Translations under genes and position numbers: made by a program
In this document: piece by piece, positions 38,829 through 51,100 of the stretch
Layout: every line of letters starts with the position of its first letter
Position numbering within the stretch: position 1 is the stretch's first letter
The notes under the pieces: model-generated
Databases searched by the model: none
What the model was told of the DNA's origin: nothing
The model's input: the letters and a program-made list of their open reading frames with translations, nothing else
From: Oculina patagonica
Taxonomy: Eukaryota
Reading direction: 5' to 3'
NCBI RefSeq assembly: GCF_052425735.1
Contig: NC_135763.1
Location: 14,818,001 to 14,882,000, forward strand
Length of the DNA stretch: 64,000 nucleotides

Positions 38829-39711
38829 ATAATTTTGTCCAATAACTACTCGAAGTCCTGGCGGATTTCCTCTTAATATTCAACAATGGTATGCCAGTTA
38901 CACAAAGAGCAAAGATGATTTCTGATCATACTTTTCATATTTCTGATTGCGGGATAGAAATTAAACCTGTTTAGTTCATTGTTATTCGTGTCCAGTTTTT
39001 TATTTGTATGATTGTAAAACCTCACTAAGATTCGTTTTACAGTTCAACAGGTGTGATTAATATCGCAAAAGCTATACTTTTCTATAGGTTTCTTTATTGA
39101 GTTTTGTATTCTTAACTTTGTGAATTATGCGGTTATTTGGATGAAGTTGTATAAAAAAGGTATCTTTACGTGCATGAAGCGGTTACTGATAGAGGAATCC
39201 AAACTGGTCTCCTGGCATACGTTGAAAGTCTTTTGCTATGTTAAAAAAAACTGGCCTTTGTAATAAACTGCTGTTGTATACACGCATTGCAGACCTATTT
39301 TCGATTACACTCTGCAGGGAAATATTTGAGGGTTAATTATTTATTCAATAGTAGATTTGTTGAAGCGATGTTATGAGAATTAAGAGTCTATTTTAGTAGA
39401 GAAAATTTCCTACAAGTTGTAAAAGAATAAACAACATTAAAAAATAAATAAATACAAAAAAAGTCTATTTTTTTCTGATTTTTTTTAAAATAAGGACACA
39501 AATGTTTTCCAGTTTGCCCGCGCGCGCAACATTTGTTTCGGACTCAAAATTTGTTTTTCAGAAACATTTTAATTTAGCTTTAATAATTTAAATGGTGATT
39601 CGAAATTTTGTGTTCGCAACAAATGCCTCCCGGTTTGTGTAGAATGGAAACAAAACATCTGTTTTTTGTCTGGCTTGTTTGCTCACCCTAGAAACATCAC
39701 GAGCAACAATA

Positions 39712-40029
39712 CCGTAAAATTCCGGTTATAAGCCCCCCCGGTTATAGGCCCATCTACGTGTAAACAGAAAAATACATCCGATTATAAGCCCCCCCCCCCC
39801 CCAGATATAAGCCCCCCTCTACCGGATGACAGTACTGAACAGGGCTAAATGTTGTTTTTTATGCGTTTTTAGCCTAAATACGTATTTCGATCAACACTGC
39901 CGTGGTTCGTTTCGAAACGTTTTATTCCGCTTATAAGCCCTCCCGGATATAAGCCCCTCCGCTTATAAGCCCACACAAAACCCCTTACGAAGTTGTATAA
40001 GCCCAGGGCTTATAACCGGAATTTTACGG
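39712..40029. mobile_element. Tc1/mariner-type MITE nested in another MITE (~39497..40120)
   Basis: Perfect TIR CCGTAAAATTCCGGTTATAAGCCC with TA TSD; relatives at ~42277..42608 and ~14506..14730. Confidence 0.85.
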
Positions 40030-41908
40030 TATGTTTCCCGGTTTGCGCTGCATGGAAACGAACAACTGTTTTGTGTCCCGCCCTTTGCCCACCCAAGAAA
40101 CATCTTGAGTAACAATGTACTCGGGAGGCTCCCCCAGGGGTTTCAGTAGCCTGCGTCACCTCTTCCTTTCCCTCCCCTTTTTACGCCTGCCTCGCAGGCT
40201 AGGAACAAAAGCATATTTTAGGGGACAGGAAACACCAATATGATAAAAAAACTTTTAGGGGAACACAAGACAAATGTTGTTGGGAAGAGAGGAACATGGG
40301 CCCCTTCTGGGAGACCCTTACTAGGGGTCCAATCCATTGACCCCTGGAACAACATACGTAATACTGATTCATGTGACCATTCAAATTGATTGTTATTGTG
40401 AAGTGCAAAGAACGGCATCCAATATATGATCAACAAATGACTGAACAATGCTCAGGACCCACAACAATTAACACGACCACATTTCATTACTTTTAATTGT
40501 TCATTTGAAATTTGAATAAAAATTAACTATTTTCGTCTTTTGTTTGATTAGGGAACAATGTGTTATTGACACATCTCTCAATAGAACCGGATTATTCCTT
40601 GTCTTGTGACACGAAAAGCTGTGTTTATTTTCTCTTAGTTGAAAGACGTTCTTTTCTCGTTCGTTTTGAAGCGACGTTTACTCTGATCAGCAAAGACCGC
40701 AGCAGCGGATTTTCTTTCATCGCCCTTTAAACAAAGGAATCAAAGCGCGATTTTCTGGGTAAGTATTTTATTTAGCATATACTAGTAGTAACGGAGGTAT
40801 TTATCGGCTTTAATTGAAAATCGCTTTTCGAACATCGCAGCTCGACTTGACCTGATCTTACGGTCTTACGCGTTGCCTTAGAGATGCAATTTTGTCTTCA
40901 AATATGTGCTTAAAAGGAACAGCCTAAGACCTCAGTTTAAACAACCGATTGTCGGGCTTAGTTTTGATGTTTTTGCTTATCCGGGATGAACCATAGTGTC
41001 AATGAGCTTTTGCTCATACCACAGTTGCTACGAATGCGGATTGAGTACGACAAACGGAGTTTTCATTGTAATAGTAGTCGGTAAACCGAGGATCGAGCCT
41101 TCTCGTCTCGCATTCGAAAATTGCCATGAAAAAGTCATAAAAATTGGCTGATTTAGTTATTGGCCCTCGGACCACCTTAGCCGTGTAATAAAATGTGAAT
41201 AGGTCACTGGACAAAAAATCGAAAAAAAAAACTAACGATCAGTAAGCCTGGATCTAGGCCGCCAGAGCATTCGGCTTATTCGGCTCTGTGGATCCGGGTT
41301 ATTACCTTACCTCTGTGATGTAAGCCGGAATACATCCTGTAGATTCAAGTACTATTTGAATAGAAATAGGTAGAAATTGTAGTTTTATCAAGCACATAAT
41401 TTATGATTTGATTTATTTCCTTCATATATATATAACTGAATGACTCGAGGCAGATTCGTTCTTGAAAATCAGATTTACTAACAAAGCTAATACTTATAAC
41501 TGTTTATTCATCTCCATTGCAGTTAAAAACAGAAATAAAGGAATACAGTACATTCAGTTTTAAAAGTGGTGATAAAATTTTACGGTTGTAGTCAGCAAAT
41601 CCCGAAATGTAACCAAAACTCCGCCTAACGACTTCAAACTTAGTAAACTTCAAATGAATAGAAAGAGTAAATTACAAACAAATGAACTCCGACACATTAT
41701 CACAGACATAAGATTGTCTGCGACTGCACTGAAAATCCAAGAACATTGTTTTGTTTTCAAAATTGTGAAGCTGAATTTCTAGATCTTTGCAGGATATCCA
41801 TTGTTTTCATTTTTTCCTCAGTAAAAAGTTTATATGTGTCAGATGTCTATATAGATTGCAGTAAAGTTGTGTCTAAAAAGGACCTTGCTTCCTACCAGTT
41901 TAAACAGT

Positions 41909-44055
41909 ATGGAGAGTGCCAAGGAAGAAACGAAACGAAATAAACTCAAAAATGAAAGCGAGCCTATTGAACAGATTAAAGAGGAGAACGAACCCTCAAG
42001 TCCTTCCATTTACGCTGTGGTAGCAGCCCATTCTTTATCAAGAGACATAAAACAGAAGTCACTACATTTAATTAAAGTCAAACGGCGGCACGGAGACTGG
42101 GGACAGTTTGACTTGACGCATGCGTGGTCACCAGAAGACTTGATGAGCAACATGGGAAGTCGTCATGGCAGTGCACTGACACGAGACAGCTCATTGGCTG
42201 ATGAAAATTTGACAATGGCTCGACCCTTTGTTATGGAACCGCCGAGAACCTTTCAGGTTTGTTTCCTCGCCTTATCTCGTACAATTCCGGTTATAACCCC
42301 CCCCCCCCCCCTGGTTATAGGCCCATCAACCTGGAAACAGAAAAATACATCCGGTTATACGCCCCTCCCCCCTTCCTGCTTGATGACAGCACAAAACAGT
42401 GCTAAATGTAGCTTCATTATGACTTTTTAACTCAAAATCTTATTTCGATCAACATTGCGGTGCATGTTTCGCATTTTTTTTATTCAGCCTATATAAGCAC
42501 CCCCTCCCCCCCCCCGCCCCGGGCATAAGCCCTCCCGTTTATAAGCCCATCTAAAATCCTTTACGAAGTTGTATAAGCCCAGGGCTAATAACCGGTATTT
42601 TATGGTATTCCCCACGTTATGTGGAGGTTCGGGTTAACAGTTTTGCCCAGGATGAAGTGATTTGTACTACTGGATAACGAAGTATTTTCTAACCACCACT
42701 TCTCTGTTGTGACATTTTGTTTTCCTGTCCATCTCAGTGGACCGAGCGGCTAAAATGAGGTGCAAATAATGTCAAACTTTAGACTTAATTTGATCAGAAA
42801 GTTAATCTGTTGTTGCCCATCGTAAAAACGTTATAGCTTGCATGTGACAGGACCCAATCCAACACCTACCCATCCGGCCTAAGAGGGTATGTAAACCTTA
42901 TCCCCAGGAGCTTTTTGTCCGGGCACCAAGCATCAAGAGCCCCTCGTCCTCATGACGAGGTTGGGCAAAATTTCAATACAGCCGAACCTCTTACAGACAC
43001 CAAAGGGGCAGAGAAAAGTGTCCGTATTATGGAGGTAGAGTTTATATTAAATTTGGTCTCTTTCGGACAAAATGTAATTTCTGACGTTTGAATGAATGAA
43101 TTAGGCAGCAGAAATTACTATTCTGACGGCACGGTTGAGAGGTTCGCGGGTTGTTATGGGATGCCTAGGTATATATAGGTTTTGGCGGGAGATTTAGGTC
43201 ATTCTACGTCGTCAGTCCTCGTCTTCGCTTGCTTTTCTTTTTTATTTAAAGTGTTGTTTGTTCAGCTTTTGTAACTAGTCTATTGAAAAATGCTCTAGAT
43301 TATTTAGTACCCTTTCTCTCGGGGTCTCGTGCTGCTGCATTAGATGAGGAATACGTTTCCACTTATTTTTGGCCACTTCTAAAGGGTGGTTTTTAGTGGT
43401 TTTTCGTATCTGGCGTAGCACACAACTTTTAAAATACTCTTAGAACGAACTGTTGTTTTTTTGCAAGATTCAAGATTGTAATCAGGATACATTTTGTATC
43501 AGATGACTGTATTAGGACACATTTTGTATCAGATGGCTGTATCAGGATACATTTTGCATCAGATGACTGACTGACGCATCCTAAATATAAAACTCTTCAC
43601 ATTGAATGTCTCGTGTTAGTGTAGTCAGAATGTGACGTGTTCGTAAAAGGAAGGTGTCCGTATTATAGAGGTGTCAGTCCGTAAGGAGAGGCTCAACTAT
43701 ATTCTTGTTACAAGTTGTTTGCAAATAAAGACATTTTTTCTCCTAGGAACACAGAGTCAAACCAATTATTCAACACGTTCTTGAAACAAACCTGAATGAT
43801 AAAGAGTACGACCCAGCCTTCTGCAAAGACGCCGCTGTTAAGATGACCGAGGAGATCAAGGAACGAGTAAAGAAACTTTGTTATCCTCGATACAAATTCG
43901 TTTGTCACGTGACTGTAGGAGACATCAATCGACAGGACGTTAAAATTGTGAGCCGCTGTGCCTGGGACCCAGCGGTTGACCGTTTTGCGCAGTATCAATA
44001 TCGGAGCTACCATCTGTACGCCGTGGGGGTCGTTTATGGAATTTACTGTGAATGA
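41909..44055 (+). CDS. Tctex-1 domain dynein light chain (TCTEX1D/DYNLT4-5-like), 218 aa; exons 41909..42256, 43747..44055
   Basis: Spliced FVMEPPRTFQ|EHRVKPIIQHVLETNLNDKEYDP...KERVKKLCYPRYKFVCHVTVG...SRCAWDPAVD...VVYGIYCE*, a typical Tctex-1 domain; GT-AG, phase 0. Confidence 0.9.
42277..42608. mobile_element. Tc1/mariner-type MITE in the Tctex intron
   Basis: Homologous to 39712..40029. Confidence 0.75.
43478..43570. repeat. 30-bp minisatellite, 3 copies
   Basis: tgtatcaggatacattttgtatcagatgac units. Confidence 0.85.
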
Positions 44056-44430
44056 GAAGATTATTTAAGAGGGGAGAGGGACAGGAGGGTAAATCTTCCC
44101 GCTCCCTACATTTTTGGACTCGATTTCTCCCTCCTCCCTATTCTGTTCCTCTCCCCTCCCCCAATTAAGAAGACACTGGTATATTTAATATGAAAATTCA
44201 TTAAAGAAATTGCGAATTCCACGCTTAAATTACGCGAAAAACCTAGGTCAGACTAATAGCGAAGCATGAGTTCGATATCGGCTCCCAACTGAAATTTAAC
44301 GTAGAATTTAGTAAAATGATAAAGTTTTGCTGAATCGCAGTTTTTTGTAAACAAGGAAGAGATTCTCTTCTTTCTGTTACTCTGTAAGAAACCTTATCGG
44401 CACTCTCGCGAAAGCCACTCTCGAGTTTAA

Positions 44431-44699
44431 GGGCCCGATTATATGGCGAATTATAGTCCGGTTTGCCGGGCTGGAATTTTGTTGCTATTACATGGAGAAT
44501 TTCAGAAACGCGATTACATGAGGTTTTTTAGCCCGTTTGCCGAGCTGGAAATTTCAGCCCGGGCTGTAATTCGGCCCGGGATGAAACTTTCTTCATGTAA
44601 TCACAGACGTGTTTTTAAGAAGATTTGTTTAAGAAGCCGGGCTAAAAAATCTCAGCCTGGCAAACCGGGCTGAAATTCGCCATGTAATCAATCAGGCCC
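44431..44699. mobile_element. Harbinger-type MITE
   Basis: TAA|GGGCCCGATTATATGGCGAATT ... AATTCGCCATGTAATCAATCAGGCCC|TAA. Confidence 0.7.
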
Positions 44700-44707
44700 T
44701 AATTTTA

Positions 44708-45388
44708 AGGTCTGGACACACTAGACGACAAGTCACTGCGACATGTCGCATGTTGCCTCGTGTGATATCGTGCATTCGTGGGACAATTTCTGTCGCTATG
44801 ACAGAATGTTGTCGCTGCGCTGTGTTGCACGAATTCAAACCAGTTTGAATTCGTGCGACAAAATGAGCGAAGCAGCTTTGTCGATGCGTGTGTACCCCAG
44901 GGGGGGGTACCCCAGGGGGGGGTACTCCGGGATCCAAGTGACGGGGATGTGCGAAGGATTTTTTTTGGGGTCGAAATTTTCGATTCCGGGATTTTTTTGG
45001 GTAGAAGAATTTGGCAGGTTTAGGGGTAATTTGACTAGGGATTTTTTTTGCGTTTTTTGGGGTCCAGGGATTTTTTTTGGGTAATGTCGGGAGACTTAGG
45101 GATTTTTTGGGCCCTGAGTTTTGCCTCCATTCGATCATCCCCGTCACTTTGATCCCGAAGTACCCCCCCCCCCCTGGGGTGTGTACACGTCTGCGACAAG
45201 CTAATTAAGTCGCTGCGACAAAACATAAATTATAAAACCAATAAGAGAGCGTCATGTATTTCACATTCCCACTCTTAAAAATTCGCTGTGTGAGCACCGA
45301 ACAAGCGCCTTGTTTTGAAGCAGTACACACGGAGCGACTTGTCGCAGAGACATGCCACTGCGACTTGTCGCCTAGTGTGTCCCGACCT
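44708..45388. mobile_element. Harbinger-type MITE carrying a nested CCCAGGG-terminated MITE (44896..45178)
   Basis: Outer TIR aggtctggacacactag.cgacaagtc with TTA TSD; inner TIR cccagggggggg.tact.cgggatc.aagtgacggggatg with GTGTGTAC duplicated on both sides. Confidence 0.75.
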
Positions 45389-45888
45389 TTATGTTATGTA
45401 TCTTTTATGTTATGTATGGCCCACGTCAACTGTCAGTACTGTCAAAAGTAAACAAATAAACAGAGATTAAAGAAAACTTCGGTCTCTAGAGAAAGCATTG
45501 AATTTGGTTTAAAAGCTGGGTGAATTAATAACTTCCGGTTTGTTTGTTTGTTTGTTTTTGTTTTTGTTTTTGTAGGAGGCGCGTCACTCTATTTGTTCTG
45601 CCTTCAGAGAGTTACACTTGAAATCTGTAAGGGCTTCAGCTAACGTAGAAAAGAACTCGTCCTCGCAGTAAACGTGACTCGTCTTTGCCATTACCAGCTT
45701 CTGACCGGACGTCTCGTTATAATACGACAACCAATCAGTCCACACTGCTCCATTGAGTATTGTTTCTCGACCAATCAGACAAAAAACCAGAATCTGGTTT
45801 TTTTACATGTTTTTCGACAAGCAAATGTATCATGCCCTCCTTCCCCCGCAGCAGTAGTAGGGAGGGAGGGTATGATTTCAGGTTAGGC

Positions 45889-46125
45889 TTGGCCGGGGTC
45901 ATTGTGTTGTGTTCTTGGGCAAGACACGTTACTCTCATAGTCCCTTTCTCCTTTCTCCTGACCAGGTGTATAAATGGGTACCGGCGACATAATGCTGGGG
46001 GGTACCCTGCGGTGGACTAGCATCCCATTTAGGGGGGGGGGGGGGGAGTAGAAATATTCCTAGCCGCTGAATGCTAATAGAAACCGGGATAAGCTAAGGC
46101 AAGTATTGGTCACTTGGCTCTAGGC
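45889..46125 (+). mobile_element. tRNA-derived SINE body
   Basis: cattgtgttgtgttcttgggcaagacac...ccaggtgtataaatgggtaccgg...ggactagcatccca; several relatives in the window. Confidence 0.7.
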
Positions 46126-46554
46126 TTCCCTTTTTGTTTTTGGCTTTTCTAATATTGACACTGATTTTGAAAGAGCTTGACGTGAAAACGATTTTCAAAA
46201 AGTGGCCGTGGCTCTATCTAATAGAATCGCTATCACGTAAAAGTGTTTATCAAAAACCACGCAGTCCACTCTATAGTGATTTATCCAGCACACATATCGG
46301 AACGCGATTCTTGCACATTTGACTAAGGTGTCCTGTGAGTACCGCCATAGCACAAGGCGCGTTAAACATTTGCGTGAGCTAGTGGATCGCGTGGAAGCTG
46401 CATGGCGCTCAACATGTGGTCAAGCAAATCTAGGGTATCTAGCGAAGAGGACAATAAAGTATGTCATTCGTATAACTTACTTTAATGCGATAAGTGACAT
46501 CAATATTTGGTGGTGATTTGCAACAGATACATTTTTGGGTGTCAAAATCATTTT

Positions 46555-46988
46555 AACACCCAAGTCACTAATGCAGGAAAGCAATCCGTCACTTTCATGG
46601 CAATTGATATTTGGAAAGACCTTCCATCTTCTTTGAAAGACTTAAGTGTGTTAGTATTTCCCAAGCAAATAAAACGTTACCTCCTGTCAGAACAAAACCT
46701 AAACTGATTTTCCGTTAAACTAAGTTTGTAAAGTCGTAAGTCCTCTTCCCTATTGTTACTTATTAATCACCTGCTTTTTATACTATTGATGGCATTAATT
46801 GTATGGGGAGCTAACTTGAAAACCTAGCTACCGGTTCATTTAGCTCCCCAGCTCAATACTTAATTAACTACAAATTCCTGTAATACCTTATTTCTATCTA
46901 ATTAAGAATACGAACACAACTGTAAACTTTAATATGAGCTAAATAAAATTATTATTATTATTATATTATTATTATTATTATTATTATT
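46555..46988 (+). mobile_element. 3' fragment of a CR1/L2-group LINE
   Basis: ORF2-like C-terminus TNAGKQSVTFMAIDIWKDLPSSLKDL..FPKQIKRYLL*, a 3' UTR stem (gggagcta...tagctccc), AATAAA and an (ATT)n tail. Confidence 0.75.
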
Positions 46989-47183
46989 TTAATGCATGGT
47001 TAAAGAACTACAAGGATTCAAGGATTTTGCACTATCGACGATATGTCGATGACACTTTTTGTGTGTTTGAGACAGAGCAAGACGCTGTGTCATTTTACAA
47101 CTTCATCAATTCTCAAAACCCGAACATACGTTTTACCATGGAGAAAGAGGTAGATCATAAATTAGCATTCCTAGATGTCTTAG

Positions 47184-47761
47184 TGTGACAATAACAGCGC
47201 GCGCATAGATACAAAGAAATTTAAAACGTATTCATACGCGCGCGCGCTTCTATCGTTGCAAAAGTTTCCGTTTATCACGAAAGCGCACACGAAAGTGTCG
47301 CGCCACTTGCTGGTTATAAGGTTGCGTTTTTTTTGCCTCCTGAGATCAGTTGGCGTAATAACTATAACTCAAGAAGTAAGCACAAATCTTGCTCAGTGAT
47401 CAAAGGCAGCACAAGGTAAATATTTTCGCTTTTTACGCTATCTTAGTTTGTTTACCTTTTCGCTTTAATTGCCTTGCATCCTTTATTCGCTTAGTTTTTA
47501 TTTTATCGCTTATGTTTGTAATTTTAGACTTAAGTTTCTAGGCAAGGAAAACGTTGCACACGACACTGTGAACCGGTATTTGTAATCTTTAATTTTACTT
47601 TTCGTTGTGTAACCTTTAAGCGCATAAACGTATTTCTTTCTAATTTTTTACGACCGTTTGTAATTTTCTTACCTTTGTATTTTAGTTCTCACGTTATTTA
47701 TGGAATTAAATATCAGTTTGTGAACGCTGTTGTCAAGTTACACTGGATCACTGTGGCAATA
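47184..47761 (+). repeat. 5' LTR of the BEL/Pao element (578 bp)
   Basis: Direct repeat of 54232..54808. Confidence 0.95.
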
Positions 47762-48191
47762 GTGAGAACTTGCTGAACCACAACAAGAACCGAAGAACGA
47801 AGACACCAGCAAGTCAAGCGGACAAACAACTGAAGGTCAAGCTCGTAACAACCCAAGGTCAAGTCAAGCGTGAAGTTCAAGTTGCAAATCACGAAGTCAC
47901 AAGTCACAAAGTCAGTCACAAGTCACAAGTCAAGCGACGGAAACCATAAGTAAAGTTAATTTAAGAGTCTTTAGTTGCAAGAACACTACAAGAGACATTG
48001 TCTAAGAGATTCTGCAACATTGCAGAAATAAGTTTAAGTGATTGCATTTAAGTTAAGTTCACGCTTCATAAATAATTACTTGTCGCGTTACGCGGCCTCT
48101 AAGGAATACTTTACAGTTGTGTAGTCTAATCTTAAAGTTAAGAAGAAACTATTTAAGCATAATTAAGATTTACTTAGTCAGAATAGTCAGA

Positions 48192-51100
48192 ATGACTAGT
48201 TCAGAAAGTCAAGTTGAAGTACAAAGTGAACAAGTAGATTCAATTTATAGTGTAGATAGTTTAAGCGCAGTTTCTATCCAAGAGCAAACGCGAATTACTC
48301 GGGCTAGAACACTTACCGAAAAGGGCCAAGCCTATCAAGAAAAATTCCAAAGAGATCGACAGAGAGAAGAAGATCAGCTCGTAAGGAAATTCCACGAAAC
48401 CCATGAAGCATGGAAAAGGCAAGCGGAAGACATCGAGTCGTCCATAGTCAATCAGCTACCCTCGTCAGAAACAGAAAGAAAAGAAGCCATTCTACGCTTA
48501 AAGGAGCTACGCGAGAATACTCAGAAGAATTACGAGAAATTACGAAAGGTTCGACCTCCGAGTCAAGAAATTCGCCAAAAATGGACGCCTGCGACGCTCT
48601 GACGCAAACCCTGGAACATGAACTAGAACGACAATTTTAAAATCGAGAGCGAACTAGCGTTGCGCAACGAGCAAGATAGAGGTTCTGTCCGAAGTAGAAT
48701 ATCCAGCAAAGCATCAACAAAGTCAAGTCGGTCAAGAGTCAGTAGGTCCTCAAAGGCTTCTTCCCTCATCGACGTAAAGAAAGCCGATGCTGCTGCAGAA
48801 CTAGCCGCAAAGGAAGCCGAATTTAATGCCCTGCAAGAACAAGCAAAACACAAGGAATACATCGCCAAAATGGAAGCGCAGCTCCGGGCCGAAACAACAA
48901 GGATTGAAGCAGAACTGGCGCGAAGAAAACTGGAATTGGAACAGAGCGAAGTAAAGAAGCAAATGCAAAATAGAAAGAGCAAAGCTTAAGGCTTACCAAG
49001 AAGCCGAAGAGTTTGCAGACGACATAGTTTCGGTCGAAGATGATATCCGGCGCATTTCTCCAATTCAGCCACAATATGAGGCAGCTTCAGAATCCCTAGT
49101 ACTACTGCCGCAAGAACAAAGGCACTTAACAAAGGATGCAAACACCTCAAATTCTGCGACGCAGCGCACTCAACAGCATCGCAACATTGATCAGTCTCCT
49201 ATCACACCCGAAAACACTGGTCTTTCATATGATCAAGTGCAACCGCAAGAATCATCAAACACCGATTCCACCGCCGCGATTATCACCGCAATTACCGAAT
49301 CATTCAGCATGAGTCGCCTCCCAGCGCCCGAACCTACCATCTTCAGCGGTGAGCCTGTCCAGTATCCAGATTGGAAGTCATCTTTTCACGCGATCATACA
49401 CCGAAAGAACTTATCGGCAAGTGACAAAATGTACTATTTGAAAAGATATTTGAGAGGACCTGCCAAGGAAGCCATCAGCGGTCTCTTTCTGCAAAATTCA
49501 TCGGAAGCCTATGAACGAGCGTGGAACATCCTAGACGAGAGGTTTGGTCACCCATTTGTAGTAGCTAAAGCGTACAGAGACAAGCTACAAAGATGGCCAA
49601 AGATCGGTATTAAAGACCACCAAGGCCTCAGAAGATTTGCCGACTTCTTAGCAAGTGAAAAAACTGCAATGCAAACAATCGAGGATCTAAAAGTCTTAAA
49701 TGACTACATGGAAAACCAAAAGCTTCTCTCCAAGTTACCGGACAGCCTTGTCTCGAGGTGGAACAGAGAAGCCACAAGAGGAATAAAAGAAGAGAAGAAA
49801 TACCCAGATTTTAAGGCCTTCACGTCTTTCGTCAATGCTGAAGCGGATATCGTATGCAATCCTATTTCTTCCTGCTACGCTGTAAAGGAGGCAGAAACGA
49901 CATCAGACAGCACGCATCAAGTACCGCCAAGGTCGAAGGACTTAAAAAGCAAGACTGTTCACTCCGCCAAGACTACGGAAGAGAATTCTAAACAGCCGAA
50001 TGAAACGCCAAAGCAGCAACCGCAATGTACCTTCTGCAAGAAAACGAATCATCAGTTGGATGCCTGCTTAAGGTTTAAGACTGAGACACTCGAGAACAGA
50101 AAGAATTTTGTTAAAGAAAACAGGCTTTGTTTCGGATGTTTAAAGAAGGGTCACATGTCCAGCGATTGTAAGAGGAAGTTAACTTGTTCATCATGCAACA
50201 AAAAGCATCTCACATGTCTTCACGAAGAAAAAAGAGAAACGAAAAAGAAAGAAGAAAGAAGTGAGGAAGAGGAACCCACAGATGTTCGCAAGTCAACCTC
50301 GTGTGCATCACAAGGGACCTCAAGTGCAACTACGTCAATGATAGTTCCTGTGTGGCTATCATCGTCTACGAAGCCCGATAAGGAAGTACTGGTTTACGCA
50401 GTATTAGACACTCAAAGTGATGCAACCTTTATTCTTAAGGAAAAGTGCGACGAGCTCGACGCAGAAGCACAACCGACAAAGCTTCGGCTGAGTACTATCA
50501 CTAGCCAAGAGTCAGTCATCGACAGCGAAAGAGTTACAAATCTTCAAGTAAGAGGATACAATTCCGACCTTAAGATCTCAATACCAGTCGCCTACACTAG
50601 TACGTCGATCCCCGCCGATGAAGACCACATTCCGACTAAAACCACCGCTAAGAACTGGGATCACTTGCAAACGATTGAAGACAAAATGCATAACTTATTG
50701 GACTGCGATGTTGGTTTGCTAATTGGATACGACTGCTCTCAAGCTTTAGCCCCAAGAGAAGTTATCACCGGCGAGAGTAATGAGCCATATGGTATAAAGA
50801 CAGATCTCGGATGGAGCATCGTAGGTGGTAACGACGTAAAGAGTGAAACTTCCTTTTGCCACAAAGTTGCCGTAAAGGAGCTACCTGCTGTGCTTATGAG
50901 CGATGTCGTACGAGTCCTTGAGTCAGACTTTAAGGAAAACAAAGATGATAAGAAGACTTCTCAAGAAGACTTGCAATTCCTCAAAGTTATGGAAGAAGGG
51001 ATCGGAAAGACCGAAAACGAACACTATGAAATGCCACTACCATTCAAAGACCGGCCTCTATTGCCTGACAACCGCTCGATGGCGCTAGCTCGCCTTGAAT

